Shown: piece after piece, positions 46,583 through 57,285 of the stretch
Layout of the letters: every line of letters starts with the position of its first letter
Position numbering within the stretch: the first letter of the stretch is position 1
Assembly: GCA_050951545.1 (NCBI GenBank)
Contig: JBMNJG010000013.1
Coordinates: forward strand, 32,001 to 96,000
Reading direction: 5' to 3'
DNA: 64,000 bases
Source of the DNA: Limnochordia bacterium
Lineage (GTDB): Bacteria > Bacillota > Limnochordia > DTU080
The notes under the pieces: model-generated
The model's database searches: none
What the model was told of the DNA's origin: nothing
The model's input: the letters and a program-made list of their open reading frames with translations, nothing else
Translations under genes and position numbers: made by a program

Positions 46583-48567
46583 CCCGACTTTCGCCATTAG
46601 CAGTGACTCCACTTGGAATCTTGCCGTCTAGCTGGCCACTAACAATTTCCTGACGTAGTGATAGTTAAGAGAAGGGATTAGGGGCCTAATGGCGAAGTAA
46701 AGCTTGGCAGCGTAGTGGTAGTTGCTATCACCACGGAGGGGAGTTTTTCGATGGCCAGCATTGTAAAACGCCAACCCAAAGGATGCCCGCAACCCGTCTA
46801 CTATTACCATGAGACTTACCGCGTCTACGGTGACGATCCGACTCGGAAAAGCAAGGTGAAGTCTCGTGACATCTACCTCGGCACCGCAACTCAGGTACTG
46901 GAGAAGACTCGCCAGGCACAGCAACCGCAAATTGTGGAGGTCAAGGAGTTCGGTCTGGTGTTGGCCGCGCTGGGAGAAGCAGAGCGCGTCGGACTGGTGG
47001 ACGTGATCGATCGTGTCGTCCCCAAGCGCAGACAAGGATGCAGCGTCGGTCAGTACATTCTCATCGCCGCCCTCAACAAGATTGCCTCTCCCACTAGCCG
47101 CAACGGCATTCGCGACTGGCTAGCTGAGACTGTTCTCCCCGAGCGGATGGGCGTCGACCCCGACCTGTTCACCAGCCAGAACTTCTGGGATCACTTCGAT
47201 CTCATCCTCTGTGAGAATGAGCTTAAGAAGCGCAAGGAGCAGTGGGCCCAAGGTGAGATCACCGAAGACCAGCTTTTCAGCGAGAATGTGATCGCTCAGA
47301 TCGAACAAGGCATCTGGGAGAATCTCCTGGATCGGGAGCAGGTTCTGCTAGATACCGTCTTCTACGACACGACCAACTTTTACTCGTTCCTGGATGCAGC
47401 AACACCCAGCTATCTCGCTCGCACTGGTCACAACAAACATGGACGACACAATCTGCGACAGGTGGGCCTGGGGCTGGCAGTAACCCAGGACGGTTCGCTG
47501 CCGCTGATGCATCTGCTTTACCATGGGCGCAAGGCAGACGCTAAGCTCTTCCCAGGTAGCATGACCGACCTTGTCGATCGATACCTACAACTGACCGGGA
47601 GCACCAAGGGGCTGACCGTTGTCTTCGATAAGGGAAACAACTCCGAGAATAACGTGCAACATGCCCAATCCTTGGGTATCACTGCTGTGGGTAGCCTAGT
47701 CCCTTCGCATCATCGGGATCTGACAGGGGTCCGATTAGCTCGATATGAGAAAAAGGTAGATGGCAAGCCAGTATTCACCACCCGGAAGAACGTGTTCGGG
47801 CTGGAAATGCAGATTGTCGTTGTCTACAACGAAGCGACGTACCGGCGCAAGGTGAGGCGGCTGCGCGAGGCGGTCGATCAACTGCGCTCCAAGGTGCGCG
47901 CCCGCTTTGAAGAAGTGAAAGAGCGGTCCAAATCGGAGATCGAAACGGAGCTAGAGAAAGTGCTTCGGGATAGTAGCTTCCGACGTTTCCTCCAGGTTGA
48001 GGTGACTGGCCGTCGTTACAAACGACTGATCTGCCGAATTCATCTTGTCAACTACCGCGCCAAACTACGGACGTTTGGCAAGATGATTATTTTCAGCACA
48101 GACCTGGAGATGAGCACGGAGGACATCGTCCGGCTCTACACGGACAAGAACGAAGTAGAGAATCAGTTCCGACAGATCAATGACGCTAACGCTATCGCTT
48201 TTCGCCCCTGCTATCATTGGACAGACACGAAAATCAAGGTGTACGCTCTGATCTGTGTGCTGGCGTTGTTGCTGCTACAGCTGATGAATTACCGAGTCCG
48301 CCGTGCTGGCCTTCATATGAGCAACGCAGTGCTCCGTGCCGAGTTGGCAGACATTCGTGAGGTAGTGATGATCTACTCACTGGCACAAGTGACCAAGCAG
48401 ATCACTGGGCTTACGAGTGTGCAACAGCAGTTATTCGCGATCTTCGACTTGCAGCGATTTCTATCAAACTCCACAGTCGCCGCACTACCACTACATCAGA
48501 CCAGTTAGAGATCTGGCCCTTACCCTGGGCCTAAGGCGTTTTTGCGTACGTATTGGCGAAAGTTGGG
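46583..48567 (+). mobile_element. IS1634-family insertion sequence, 1985 bp
   Basis: Terminal inverted repeats CCCGACTTTCGCCA / TGGCGAAAGTTGGG; 5-bp TSD TCTAT at 46578-46582 and 48568-48572. Confidence 0.92.
46751..48508 (+). CDS. IS1634 DDE transposase
   Basis: YDTTNF, GHNK, VFDKG, Y..KNEVENQFR, RP.YHW. Confidence 0.92.
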   Translation: MASIVKRQPKGCPQPVYYYHETYRVYGDDPTRKSKVKSRDIYLGTATQVLEKTRQAQQPQIVEVKEFGLVLAALGEAERVGLVDVIDRVVPKRRQGCSVGQYILIAALNKIASPTSRNGIRDWLAETVLPERMGVDPDLFTSQNFWDHFDLILCENELKKRKEQWAQGEITEDQLFSENVIAQIEQGIWENLLDREQVLLDTVFYDTTNFYSFLDAATPSYLARTGHNKHGRHNLRQVGLGLAVTQDGSLPLMHLLYHGRKADAKLFPGSMTDLVDRYLQLTGSTKGLTVVFDKGNNSENNVQHAQSLGITAVGSLVPSHHRDLTGVRLARYEKKVDGKPVFTTRKNVFGLEMQIVVVYNEATYRRKVRRLREAVDQLRSKVRARFEEVKERSKSEIETELEKVLRDSSFRRFLQVEVTGRRYKRLICRIHLVNYRAKLRTFGKMIIFSTDLEMSTEDIVRLYTDKNEVENQFRQINDANAIAFRPCYHWTDTKIKVYALICVLALLLLQLMNYRVRRAGLHMSNAVLRAELADIREVVMIYSLAQVTKQITGLTSVQQQLFAIFDLQRFLSNSTVAALPLHQTS

Positions 48568-49529
48568 TCTATTGCCTCTGAACAACTACGCAGCTAAGGT
48601 CGGGCTCGATCTCGGGGAGTACGTTGAGCCAGCAATCAAGCAAGCCACTCGCGACGGCCAGGTTTTCGCCGTGCCCTATGCCGCTTTGCCTACGCCTGGG
48701 CTGTTCTACAACGCCGACCTGTTTGATACGGCTGGTGTAGCGTACCCCACGGACATGTGGAGCTACGAAGCCGAGTTCCTGAGCGCAGCCAAGAAACTCA
48801 CCAAAGACACCAACGGCGATGGGGTACCCGATCAATACGGTCTTGGTCCCCAACTCAACAGCAGCCGGACTGGCAGCGTCACCGCTGTTTTGGCGGCCTA
48901 CGGTGGGCGTATTCTCAGTCTCGATGGCACCAAAGCCACGGCTACCGACGAAAAGACTATGGCGGGTTTTGGCTTTCTCAGCCGTCTGGCGCACGAGGAC
49001 CGGGTCATGGCTGGCAGCTTCTGGCAGGGCTCGGCCGCGATGGACCTTGACGGCTTCTGGGCTATCCCCGGTTTCACCGCCTCGTTGAAGGGCGCCCGCA
49101 CTGGCGCAGCCGCAACGCCACTAGGTCCGCAGGGCCGTAAGGTCATGTACGTGGTTGGCTACTACTCGGTGCCGCGCACCGCAACCAACCCCGAAGGGGC
49201 CATGCGCTGGATTAAACACCTTACGTCCGACGAGGTGGGGAAAGCCTGGTTAGCGGCCAAGCTGAACATGACTGGCAAAATGCGGGTCAATGCTTCCCCT
49301 GAAGTACGTCAAGACGAGATGACCCGCAAGTGGATATCGTTCTATAGCATTGAGGGCCTGGTGCCAGCCATACCGGCCAACTTCCGTGTTACTGATGTAG
49401 AAAAGGTCTTTGCCGACGCCATCAGTACCATGGCCTCCAACGCACTGCCCTTGCGGCAGATTGCCGAGCAACTGCAGCAGAAGCTAACCGCGCTTCTTGC
49501 CCTGCCCCTTCAGTAGGGCATCCACTGGC

Positions 49530-49556
49530 AGGCCATTGCCTCTCGGGCGATGGCCT
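49530..49556. terminator. Hairpin terminator between convergent genes
   Basis: AGGCCATTGCC...GGCGATGGCCT. Confidence 0.55.
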
Positions 49557-49596
49557 CATTTGTGTGACCGGCACGAAACTGAGAGCCAGGACGCTT

Positions 49597-50523
49597 CTAC
49601 AGCAGTGGAAGCTGCTGCTGGGGCGGGTGCTGGCGTGGTAGGGATGGGCCAATGAGCACACTGGAATCGCTCTCGTGACGTGTGACATTTGCCAGCGCTG
49701 CCCGATGACTGCGGGTGGCGTAGCAGTAACTGCAGCCGTGGAGACACGTGTCGTTGATGCCAATGTCTTTGCTCACCACGCAGCGGCACGTGCTACGCTG
49801 ATGGCGGTCCTCAGCCAACCCAGCGATGCCCCACAATGAGTTGAGCAACTCGCCGTCGATACAGGCGCCGGCAGGAATACCTGCCACGGCAAGTTCGTCG
49901 GCACAGGATTGCATGTGCATGTGGTGGCTCTCAGCGATCTGCTTGAGCTGACGAAGGAGCTGCACAAACTCGGGCTGCTGCAGCGGCGTCTTGTCAAACG
50001 CCAAGCCTTGAGGCTGCAATGCCGCCAGGCGACGGTCCGTCTTGCGATAGAAGTCCGCAATGCTCACAATGACTCGCTTCGTCAGACCGCCGAGCGCTCC
50101 GGCCAGCGATGAGAAGACTGCCTCATGAAAGCGGCAGTCCGTGACGTTTGAGAGGATGATCGGATCGTAGCGCCAGATGACTCTCTGGGGACCCACATGT
50201 TCAGCCAATCGCTGAAATGCGACCAACCGCTCTGAGAGGTGGGGCACTCCAGGCTCCAGCTCAGCAGGATAGTCGTTCAGCGTATACAGGAAGAGGTACC
50301 GGTAGCCCCTCTCGTCTAGTTCTGGCAGGAAGGGAAGGAGGGGAGCTGGGTTCTTGCTCCAGAAGACGAAAACGTCTACATCCTCGGGCAGAAGTGACAC
50401 CTCGGCTATCTGCTTCGCGTTGAAGGGGTTGGGCACGTGGCAGTAGCCTGCGCGAATGCGTCTCATGAACCACTCACTGAAGAAGGCTGGGATATCTGTA
50501 CGTCGGCTCACTGAGATGATCAA
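49597..50523 (-). CDS. DUF1848 family protein
   Basis: IISVSRRTDIPAF, FWSKNP, WRYDPI, C-terminal C.C..S.DIG...TC.HGC.YCYA; TTG start after GAGGGG. Confidence 0.9.
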   Translation of the reverse strand: MIISVSRRTDIPAFFSEWFMRRIRAGYCHVPNPFNAKQIAEVSLLPEDVDVFVFWSKNPAPLLPFLPELDERGYRYLFLYTLNDYPAELEPGVPHLSERLVAFQRLAEHVGPQRVIWRYDPIILSNVTDCRFHEAVFSSLAGALGGLTKRVIVSIADFYRKTDRRLAALQPQGLAFDKTPLQQPEFVQLLRQLKQIAESHHMHMQSCADELAVAGIPAGACIDGELLNSLWGIAGLAEDRHQRSTCRCVVSKDIGINDTCLHGCSYCYATRSHRAALANVTRHESDSSVLIGPSLPRQHPPQQQLPLL

Positions 50524-50699
50524 ACGATCCCCTCGTTTCTCACTGCAGACTCTTCTGGGAGGAAAACGAGTAGTTGCTCCTAAGATTCTATCAGGTAATC
50601 GCCGGGAAAGGATGCTGTTCAAGAACACACACAAGAAGTATCTGAGAAATGGCCTAGGTCATGGGAGCTTGTCTGTTTCGATAGTTAGGGGGACCACAT

Positions 50700-52145
50700 A
50701 TGAAGACAAACGCTATTCCTACGCGCTCCATCTACCCAGACCCTGTCAACGTGGACTGGAAACATGGGGTGTACGAGTTTGGCAACGCGGTGACGCTATA
50801 CTGCAACTCGGACGACCCACTGCAGTTGAGAACGATGCGCGAGCTTTGGGGTAACTTCACCATGGGCAGCAGTACACTTGAAGTACGCCAGTGTGACGCC
50901 ATGCCCGAGTTCTGTGCGGTGATAGCCAATACAGAGCCGGCATTGGTACCCCAGGTTGCACCAGGCTTCGAGTATACGGTGAGGGTAACTGAGCATGGTT
51001 TTGAGCTTGCCGCATCAGACCGAGTGGGGCTCACCCATGCTTTCTTCACAGCCCTGCAGCTTTTCCATCCGATGTGTCTGGAAGAAGGTGCAGCGCGCTT
51101 CAGGGCACCCTATGTTTCCATCCAAGATCGTCCGGACCTTGCGTTCCGGGGGATTCATCTTTGCGTCTTTCCCGAAACGAGCCTGCTGCTCTTGGAGAAG
51201 GCGATCAAGATGGCTGGGTTCATGAAGCTTACGCACGTGGTGCTTGAGTTCTGGGGCACCCTACAATTCGACGTCATGTCAGACCTCCACTGGAGGCATC
51301 GCTTCTTCACCAAAGAGGAGATTCGGCCCCTGGTAGATATGGCTCATAGCATGGGCATGGAAGTAGTGCCGATGTTCAACCACTTGGGGCATGCCTCGGG
51401 TTCCAGAGAGCGCTACGGCAGGCACGTGGTTCTGAATCAGAATCCGAAACACGCATTGCTGTTTGAGCCCGATGGTTGGACCTGGTGCCTGAGCAATCCT
51501 GAAACACTCCGTCTGCTCAGAGCCATCCGACAGGAACTGATGGAACTGTGTGGTCCGGGGGGCTATTTCCACGTCGGATGTGATGAGGCCTACTCCTACG
51601 CCACGTGCGATCGCTGTCGTCACAATGGCGGGCCAGGGATACTGGCGGAGTATCTGAACGGTCTCGAGGAAGAGATGGGAGGTGAGGGCAGAAGGATCAT
51701 CATGTGGGGCGATGCGCTGCTGAAGAAGACAGAATGGAGCGCTCCCTATACTGCTACGGGCACCATGATCCCGAGGGCGTTGCCCTCTTTGAGCCGCAAT
51801 ATTGTGATCGCGGATTGGCAATACAGTGTGACCGAACGCGCTGTCGCTACCGCTGAGTTCTTTATGGCGCAGGGCTTTGACACACTGCTTTGCCCCTGGG
51901 ACAGGTGGGCCAATATCACGAGCCTGAGCAGCAGCGCCAAGGATACCCACGCCATGGGCGTTCTAGCAACTACCTGGCATCATCTGCCCGAATTCATGCC
52001 TGTGATTCCCAGTGCTGCAATGGCCATGTGGGGGTCATGCGCTGGTAGAGTGCCACATACGGAGGTCGCTGCGATGCTTAGGAAGCTTGTTCTGACTGAA
52101 ACGTACGAGGACTCTGGTTGGAGCAGTCGGGAAGTAGATTACTGA
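50700..52145 (+). CDS. GH20 beta-N-acetylhexosaminidase-like
   Basis: DRPDLAFRGIHL, FHVGCDEA, MWGD. Confidence 0.85.
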   Translation: MKTNAIPTRSIYPDPVNVDWKHGVYEFGNAVTLYCNSDDPLQLRTMRELWGNFTMGSSTLEVRQCDAMPEFCAVIANTEPALVPQVAPGFEYTVRVTEHGFELAASDRVGLTHAFFTALQLFHPMCLEEGAARFRAPYVSIQDRPDLAFRGIHLCVFPETSLLLLEKAIKMAGFMKLTHVVLEFWGTLQFDVMSDLHWRHRFFTKEEIRPLVDMAHSMGMEVVPMFNHLGHASGSRERYGRHVVLNQNPKHALLFEPDGWTWCLSNPETLRLLRAIRQELMELCGPGGYFHVGCDEAYSYATCDRCRHNGGPGILAEYLNGLEEEMGGEGRRIIMWGDALLKKTEWSAPYTATGTMIPRALPSLSRNIVIADWQYSVTERAVATAEFFMAQGFDTLLCPWDRWANITSLSSSAKDTHAMGVLATTWHHLPEFMPVIPSAAMAMWGSCAGRVPHTEVAAMLRKLVLTETYEDSGWSSREVDY

Positions 52146-52522
52146 CCGCTCCAACACGCGTGTTGTCGCCAGCGCTTTTCTATGTCACCGGGATCTTCGC
52201 CGAAGTGGCCTGTGGATAGGATACTCTGGGACGACTCTGTGCAGAGCCAATCTCCGTAAAGTGGAGAAGCTCCTCGAGAGGCCACAGATCGGCCGCCATT
52301 TTCTGGACTCTGCTATCAACTGTTACTCTTGCAGGGTAGACAAGCTCTGCCATAAGGGTGATACCATAAGCCCATCCGTGGCCCGTATGACCAGTGTCCT
52401 GGAACTTGGTCTCTGCATCAGGGTAGAAGACCATGGTAATGCGGGCCTGGGGTTGCACTCTGAGGTGACAGGAAATGTCATGCATGGCTTGGGCGCGTTC
52501 GGCCGCATCCCTTCGACCACCA

Positions 52523-53797
52523 CTACTGCTCCAACAGCGCAGGTAAGAGGTCATGGATCTGCTGCAAACCCGTGGCCGGGGCCATGCTACCCGCCCATAT
52601 CTGGCTCATAATGGGGTTGACCACGCGGTCGATCGCTGTCGCATTGGGCACTACGTAGGCCGCGTAGCCTGCGGGATCGAAAGCGGTTTCGATCATGGCC
52701 TGCCAGTTATCGGGTAGTTCAATGCCACCTGCTCTTGGGTAACGAATCATGGCTTCCTTCAGCGACGGCAGACGCCCAGTGATCCGGGCCAGCTCCATTT
52801 GGTTATCTGCATCGCCAGTAAGAAAGCGGATCCATTGCCAAGCAGCAGCCTTGTTCTTGCTGTGGGAGACGATCTGAAAGCCATCGGGGTTGACTCTGGC
52901 AGAGCGACTAGCGGGCCCCTTCGGTTGCCGGGCGATGTCCCATGCGAAACTGAGGTTCTGAAAAGAGGGCCCAATAGAGCCGGGGCCGTCGACCACGTCA
53001 AACCCGGTGTTCCCCATGGACACGCGGAATGAGGAGTGGTTTGTGGCCAGGTTGTCCGCATAGAGTCGTCGGATGAATTCGACGGCACGCAGTACCTCGG
53101 GACTGTTGAACTGACTCCGAGTAGGATAGACAACTCTGTCGTAGAGCTGACCACCGGCCTGATGCACCTGCATCTCCCAGCGATAGGAGATACGCGTGGT
53201 ACCATAGCTTTCGGGGACGCCGTCTCCGTCCGTATCTCGACTCAGCCTCTTGGCACTGGAAAGAAGCGTTTCCCATGTCCACTGTTCGCCGAGTTCACGA
53301 GGGTTCTGTAGCCCGTGTTGGGCGAAGAGGTCAGCATTGAAGAAGGTGACCACAGGAAAGACGCTCACTGGAATACCCCACAGCTGACCACTGGGAGTGG
53401 TCACTCCCTGCACTGCAACAGGTGGGATGTGATCTAAGGGAAAACGGTCGCGTTGGACATATGGCCTGAGATCCTCGAACATCCCGTGGACGATGAGCGG
53501 CGCTCCTAGCTCCGGATTGGCGTCGGCGGTATCCGGAGCCACACCGCCGGCCACCATGCTCAGCAGCTTCGTTCTGAAACCGTCGATCCCCCCGGTTGAG
53601 ATCACGACCTCAATCGACATGCCCGTGGCATCTTCAAAGCGCTTGGCCATGAACTGGAGGTAGTCATGCCACTTCACTCCGTGATACTCGTACATCAGGT
53701 GTGTCAACTCTACCTTGGTCGCTGCCCCAGGCATGGAAGCCAATGATAACTGTGCCAAGAGCGTGAGCAGCAGTGCTGCAGATAGCCATCGGCTCAT
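52523..53797 (-). CDS. ABC sugar-binding protein
   Basis: Signal peptide; APD, FNADLF, DTDGDG; RBS AAGGAGG. Confidence 0.9.
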   Translation of the reverse strand: MSRWLSAALLLTLLAQLSLASMPGAATKVELTHLMYEYHGVKWHDYLQFMAKRFEDATGMSIEVVISTGGIDGFRTKLLSMVAGGVAPDTADANPELGAPLIVHGMFEDLRPYVQRDRFPLDHIPPVAVQGVTTPSGQLWGIPVSVFPVVTFFNADLFAQHGLQNPRELGEQWTWETLLSSAKRLSRDTDGDGVPESYGTTRISYRWEMQVHQAGGQLYDRVVYPTRSQFNSPEVLRAVEFIRRLYADNLATNHSSFRVSMGNTGFDVVDGPGSIGPSFQNLSFAWDIARQPKGPASRSARVNPDGFQIVSHSKNKAAAWQWIRFLTGDADNQMELARITGRLPSLKEAMIRYPRAGGIELPDNWQAMIETAFDPAGYAAYVVPNATAIDRVVNPIMSQIWAGSMAPATGLQQIHDLLPALLEQ

Positions 53798-54106
53798 GGT
53801 GATCCTCCTTTTTCTGCGGATGGCATAACAATACATCAAGCTTGTTAAGATGTCCTTCCTTTCAGTTGAAGCCTTCGTGGTCTGCAGTAGAGCGCTTAGC
53901 GACAACCAGCCTACTGGTGATGGAGCCCATGCGACCTTCTCTGGCGATCTCTCGCTGGGCAATGACCGCCTCGATGGGAGGAAAGTCACTAAGTTTCTTG
54001 AAACATGATTAATGAAATGATGTATCGACTCGCGGTTACCTTCGCTGTTGTCCACGGTGAACGGGATTCCTGGTGAACATGATCATAAAGTGAGGGGGTA
54101 GACGAA

Positions 54107-55363
54107 GTGCGTAAGCTGCTATGCTTCTTCCTGTCGACGTTACTGGTGTTGCTGTGTGCGGCTGGTCCCGTCGGTGCGCAAAAGACCAAGCTCATATGGA
54201 CGACCTGCTGTGGCCAACCGGATCGTATGGAGCTATTCACTGGTCTGGCCAACCAGTATATGGCTGCCAACCCTAAGGTCGAGATAGAGATGATTCATCC
54301 CACTGGGTCATATTACCAAACGCTGCTCACTTGGATCGCTGCGGGTGTAGGTGCTGACGTAATGTGGCTCGGTACTACAATTTGGTCGTTTGTGGACCTG
54401 CTGCTACCCCTCGATGATCTGGTGGCTAAGGATAGGAATGTGGCCTCCATTCACCCGAGTTTACTCAAGACATTACGTTGGGATGGAAAGCAGATCGGCC
54501 TACCCTATGGAGTGAATACCAACCTGATGGCCTACAACCGGGATATGTTTAGCGCCTCCGGCGTAGCCTTCCCTACGAGCAAATGGGTTTTGTCGGATAT
54601 CGCTACGATGGGCAGTCGCCTCGTCAAAGACAAGGATGGTGACGGGACTCCTGATGTTTGGGGCATTAGTCGGATCCCCGACTTCAACCATGCGCTGGTG
54701 CAAGCCGGAGACTTCTACTCTCAGGATCTAAAGCAGACCGCCTTTGTGAATTCCGCGTCGATCGAAGCGACCCAGTTTCTCCTGGATCTCAACAGAGGCG
54801 TCTATGGCGTGTGTGCTCCCACCAAAACCGACCCCATGTTCTATGGTCAACAGGTGGCCATGCACGTAATCGGCACCTTCTTCGTGCCCAACGGACGACT
54901 CAACTGCGAATTTGATTGGGATGTCGTGGAGTATCCCGGTCTGGTGCAGAATGACGTACGGTATGACTCTGCATGGGTGAGTTTCGAATCGTGGGGTATC
55001 AACAGGGCCACCAAAAGCCCAGAGATTGCCAAGGACTTTGTCGGCTGGCTGTTCCAACCTGAGGTGATGAAGCAGATTTCTGGTCTAGGTGTGGTCATCC
55101 CTTCGCAGCCCCAGCAAGCAAGGCTGTTCTTGAACCAACCGACGCCGCCCAGCAACCTGAATGCTTTTGTTCGATCTATGGACTTTGTGAAGCGCTACAA
55201 CTGGGACCACCCAGCAGGCCAGCACATCAGCTCCGCCTACCTGAGCGGAAGCAATCCCATCTATGGAGAGATGGTCGCAGGAAGAACGCCCGTCGCCACC
55301 GCTCTACCGGAGATTGCACGACAGATCAACTCCTACCTGACTGAGTGGTGGGCCAAGAGGTAG
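54107..55363 (+). CDS. ABC sugar-binding protein
   Basis: Signal peptide; YNRDMF, DKDGDG. Confidence 0.9.
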   Translation: MRKLLCFFLSTLLVLLCAAGPVGAQKTKLIWTTCCGQPDRMELFTGLANQYMAANPKVEIEMIHPTGSYYQTLLTWIAAGVGADVMWLGTTIWSFVDLLLPLDDLVAKDRNVASIHPSLLKTLRWDGKQIGLPYGVNTNLMAYNRDMFSASGVAFPTSKWVLSDIATMGSRLVKDKDGDGTPDVWGISRIPDFNHALVQAGDFYSQDLKQTAFVNSASIEATQFLLDLNRGVYGVCAPTKTDPMFYGQQVAMHVIGTFFVPNGRLNCEFDWDVVEYPGLVQNDVRYDSAWVSFESWGINRATKSPEIAKDFVGWLFQPEVMKQISGLGVVIPSQPQQARLFLNQPTPPSNLNAFVRSMDFVKRYNWDHPAGQHISSAYLSGSNPIYGEMVAGRTPVATALPEIARQINSYLTEWWAKR

Positions 55364-55689
55364 GGCAGGGCAGTGGCGTTGCTGAACGCTAGTCACGCAT
55401 GTGGCGTCGCTACCCGGCGCCACGTTGCTTGCTGGTGCTCGCGTATGCAAGGAGGTCACTTGCCTTGGACGTGCGAACGCACCACCCAGGGACTCTTGCC
55501 GTCCAAGTGGCCTCCGACACAAAAGTGCATCCGCCCTGTAGCTTGTAGATTCCGGTGCCGCGTAGGGGGTGCACCGCCACACCCTCTCGCCCCTGTGTTC
55601 TACCACGCATTGGGATATAATGCTTTGTGAGGCGATATCTACACTGCCCCAGGCGCTGCCCAGGGACACTTGAAAGGGTTTGGTGTTGC

Positions 55690-56460
55690 ATGCGTCTTAC
55701 CATACGTCTCGAACCCGCTTCCGGATCTGCGCTGTTGGACGGCCAGTTTCCCAGGTATTTTCACGCTGCCATCTACAATAGCCTGGGGCGCGAGCTGGCT
55801 GACCGGGTACATGCCGAGGGGTACAAAGATGGTAGCCGGTCACTGAAGATGTTTGTGTTTTCCGATGTGCTGACAGAGCGACGACCAAAGCCTGAGGGGA
55901 AGGGTCTACGATTTGATGGCCCTGCCTCCGTGGTGGTCGCCTCGCCCGTCCATGAGATTGTGGATTCGCTGGCTACTTCCTTACTTCATGCGAACCAAAT
56001 CCGCATCGGACGTGAGCTGTTCAACATCCTCAGCATACACGCCGAGGATTCGGCGGTGGACGGCGACTGCATCGATGTGCATAGCCTGTCACCGATTGTC
56101 ACCTACTCCACGCTGTTACGCCCAGAAGGCGGGAAGTACACCTGCTACTATCAGCCGGGTGAAAGAGAGTTTCAACGTTTGGTTGCTGCAAACATGGCCC
56201 GCAAATACAGAGTGTTGCATGGACGAGACCCTGCGCGGGGTGTCGAGGTGGAGGTCTTGCGCTTGGGGCGGATGGTGATCCGCGAGTTTAAGGAGACTGT
56301 AATAAAAGGTTGGCATTGCCAGCTTCGTCTCCACGGCGAAAAGAACTTGCTCAAGCTAGCCCTTGATGCAGGTCTGGGAAGCAAGAACCCCCAGGGATGG
56401 GGATGCGTCGGACTAACCTCCCGAACGGACCTAGTCCTTGACGAAAGCGCGTCCCAGTAA
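55690..56460 (+). CDS. cas6: CRISPR endoribonuclease Cas6
   Basis: KMFVFS, LSPIVTYST, G-rich loop GLGSKNPQGWG; TATAAT at 55616-55621. Confidence 0.92.
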   Translation: MRLTIRLEPASGSALLDGQFPRYFHAAIYNSLGRELADRVHAEGYKDGSRSLKMFVFSDVLTERRPKPEGKGLRFDGPASVVVASPVHEIVDSLATSLLHANQIRIGRELFNILSIHAEDSAVDGDCIDVHSLSPIVTYSTLLRPEGGKYTCYYQPGEREFQRLVAANMARKYRVLHGRDPARGVEVEVLRLGRMVIREFKETVIKGWHCQLRLHGEKNLLKLALDAGLGSKNPQGWGCVGLTSRTDLVLDESASQ

Positions 56461-56666
56461 AGTAAGGGTGTGCTAACCCGCCTTGTCTGGCGAGCCAAAC
56501 GCCTATGGGCTAGATGTCGTCGACCTCCGGTCGCGCGAAAAGCCCAGGGGGTCGACGACATCTATTTTATGGAAGGAATCTCTGTACCTGCGGCGAATCA
56601 TTCAGGGAGTCGGCTGCGTATTCCGGAGAGGCAATGACCGATATCTGTTTACCCAGCTCGTGAAGG
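56461..56666 (+). promoter_or_regulatory. CRISPR leader with a 15-bp inverted repeat
   Basis: TAGATGTCGTCGACC (56511-56525) / GGTCGACGACATCTA (56550-56564), a motif typical of Firmicute type I-B leaders. Confidence 0.75.
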
Positions 56667-56954
56667 GTTTGGGCTCTACCTATAAGGGATTGAAACCACC
56701 GCCACGTCCGTGGAAAATATTGACTCCTGGACCGTTTGGGCTCTACCTATAAGGGATTGAAACTCCGTCCACTTCCCATCCCTTTGAATCCTGTGGTTCA
56801 GTTTGGGCTCTACCTATAAGGGATTGAAACATGTCGCCGGTGAGTCGGGCCGCGTCCGTGGTGGGGTTTGGGCTCTACCTATAAGGGACTGAAACCTCAG
56901 GGTCTCTACCCTGTAGGTGCCATCCAATGGCAGCTACCTATGAGAGATTGACAC
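56667..56954 (+). CRISPR. CRISPR array: four 30-bp repeats GTTTGGGCTCTACCTATAAGGGATTGAAAC, spacers of 37, 37 and 35 bp, then a 29-bp segment and a degenerate fifth repeat
   Basis: Repeats at 56667, 56734, 56801 and 56866 (one mismatch); degenerate copy at 56925-56954; 3' ATTGAAAC handle. Confidence 0.95.
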
Positions 56955-57285
56955 CTGCCCAACCAACCCACATGGTTCACGTTAGTGGCCAGTCCCCGTC
57001 CGTCTTGGCTTCCGAGCGTGACAGGTCATCCTACGTTGCCTGGTGTTATCGGCTACACCGGGGGTGTTGTCGTGCGTCCGCCGGGGTCTTCGCCCCTACA
57101 TAGATAGCATCGCATGCACATCCCCAAAAAAAGAGGGCAACTTTTCCCCGCCGATGGTGACAGAGGTGGTATACTTTGATGCCATTCGGTCACAATAAGG
57201 ATGACTATTCCCTACACTGGCTGCTATTAGACCTTAGTTAGGGCTGTTTTGGTCTGGCGTAGAATTGTCGAGGAGCGTATGCTTT

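Larger units (their letters stand above)
46270..49516 (+). pseudogene. ABC sugar-binding protein interrupted by IS1634
   Basis: Removing the IS and one TSD copy restores the frame ...MSRNLL|LPLNNY... Confidence 0.9.

Noticed and set aside
52180-52520. Possible gene remnant downstream of the minus-strand SBP
   Set aside because: It looks protein-like in places, but I could assign no family or start.
55572-55580. First 9 nt of spacer 1 (CACCGCCAC) match near the cas6 promoter
   Set aside because: Positions 10-11 mismatch and the flanking GTG is not a recognisable I-B PAM; compatible with chance.
56839-56849. Spacer 3 shares GGTGAGTCGGG with the 94-bp repeat
   Set aside because: Only 11 nt, internal to the spacer, GC-rich and outside the seed.
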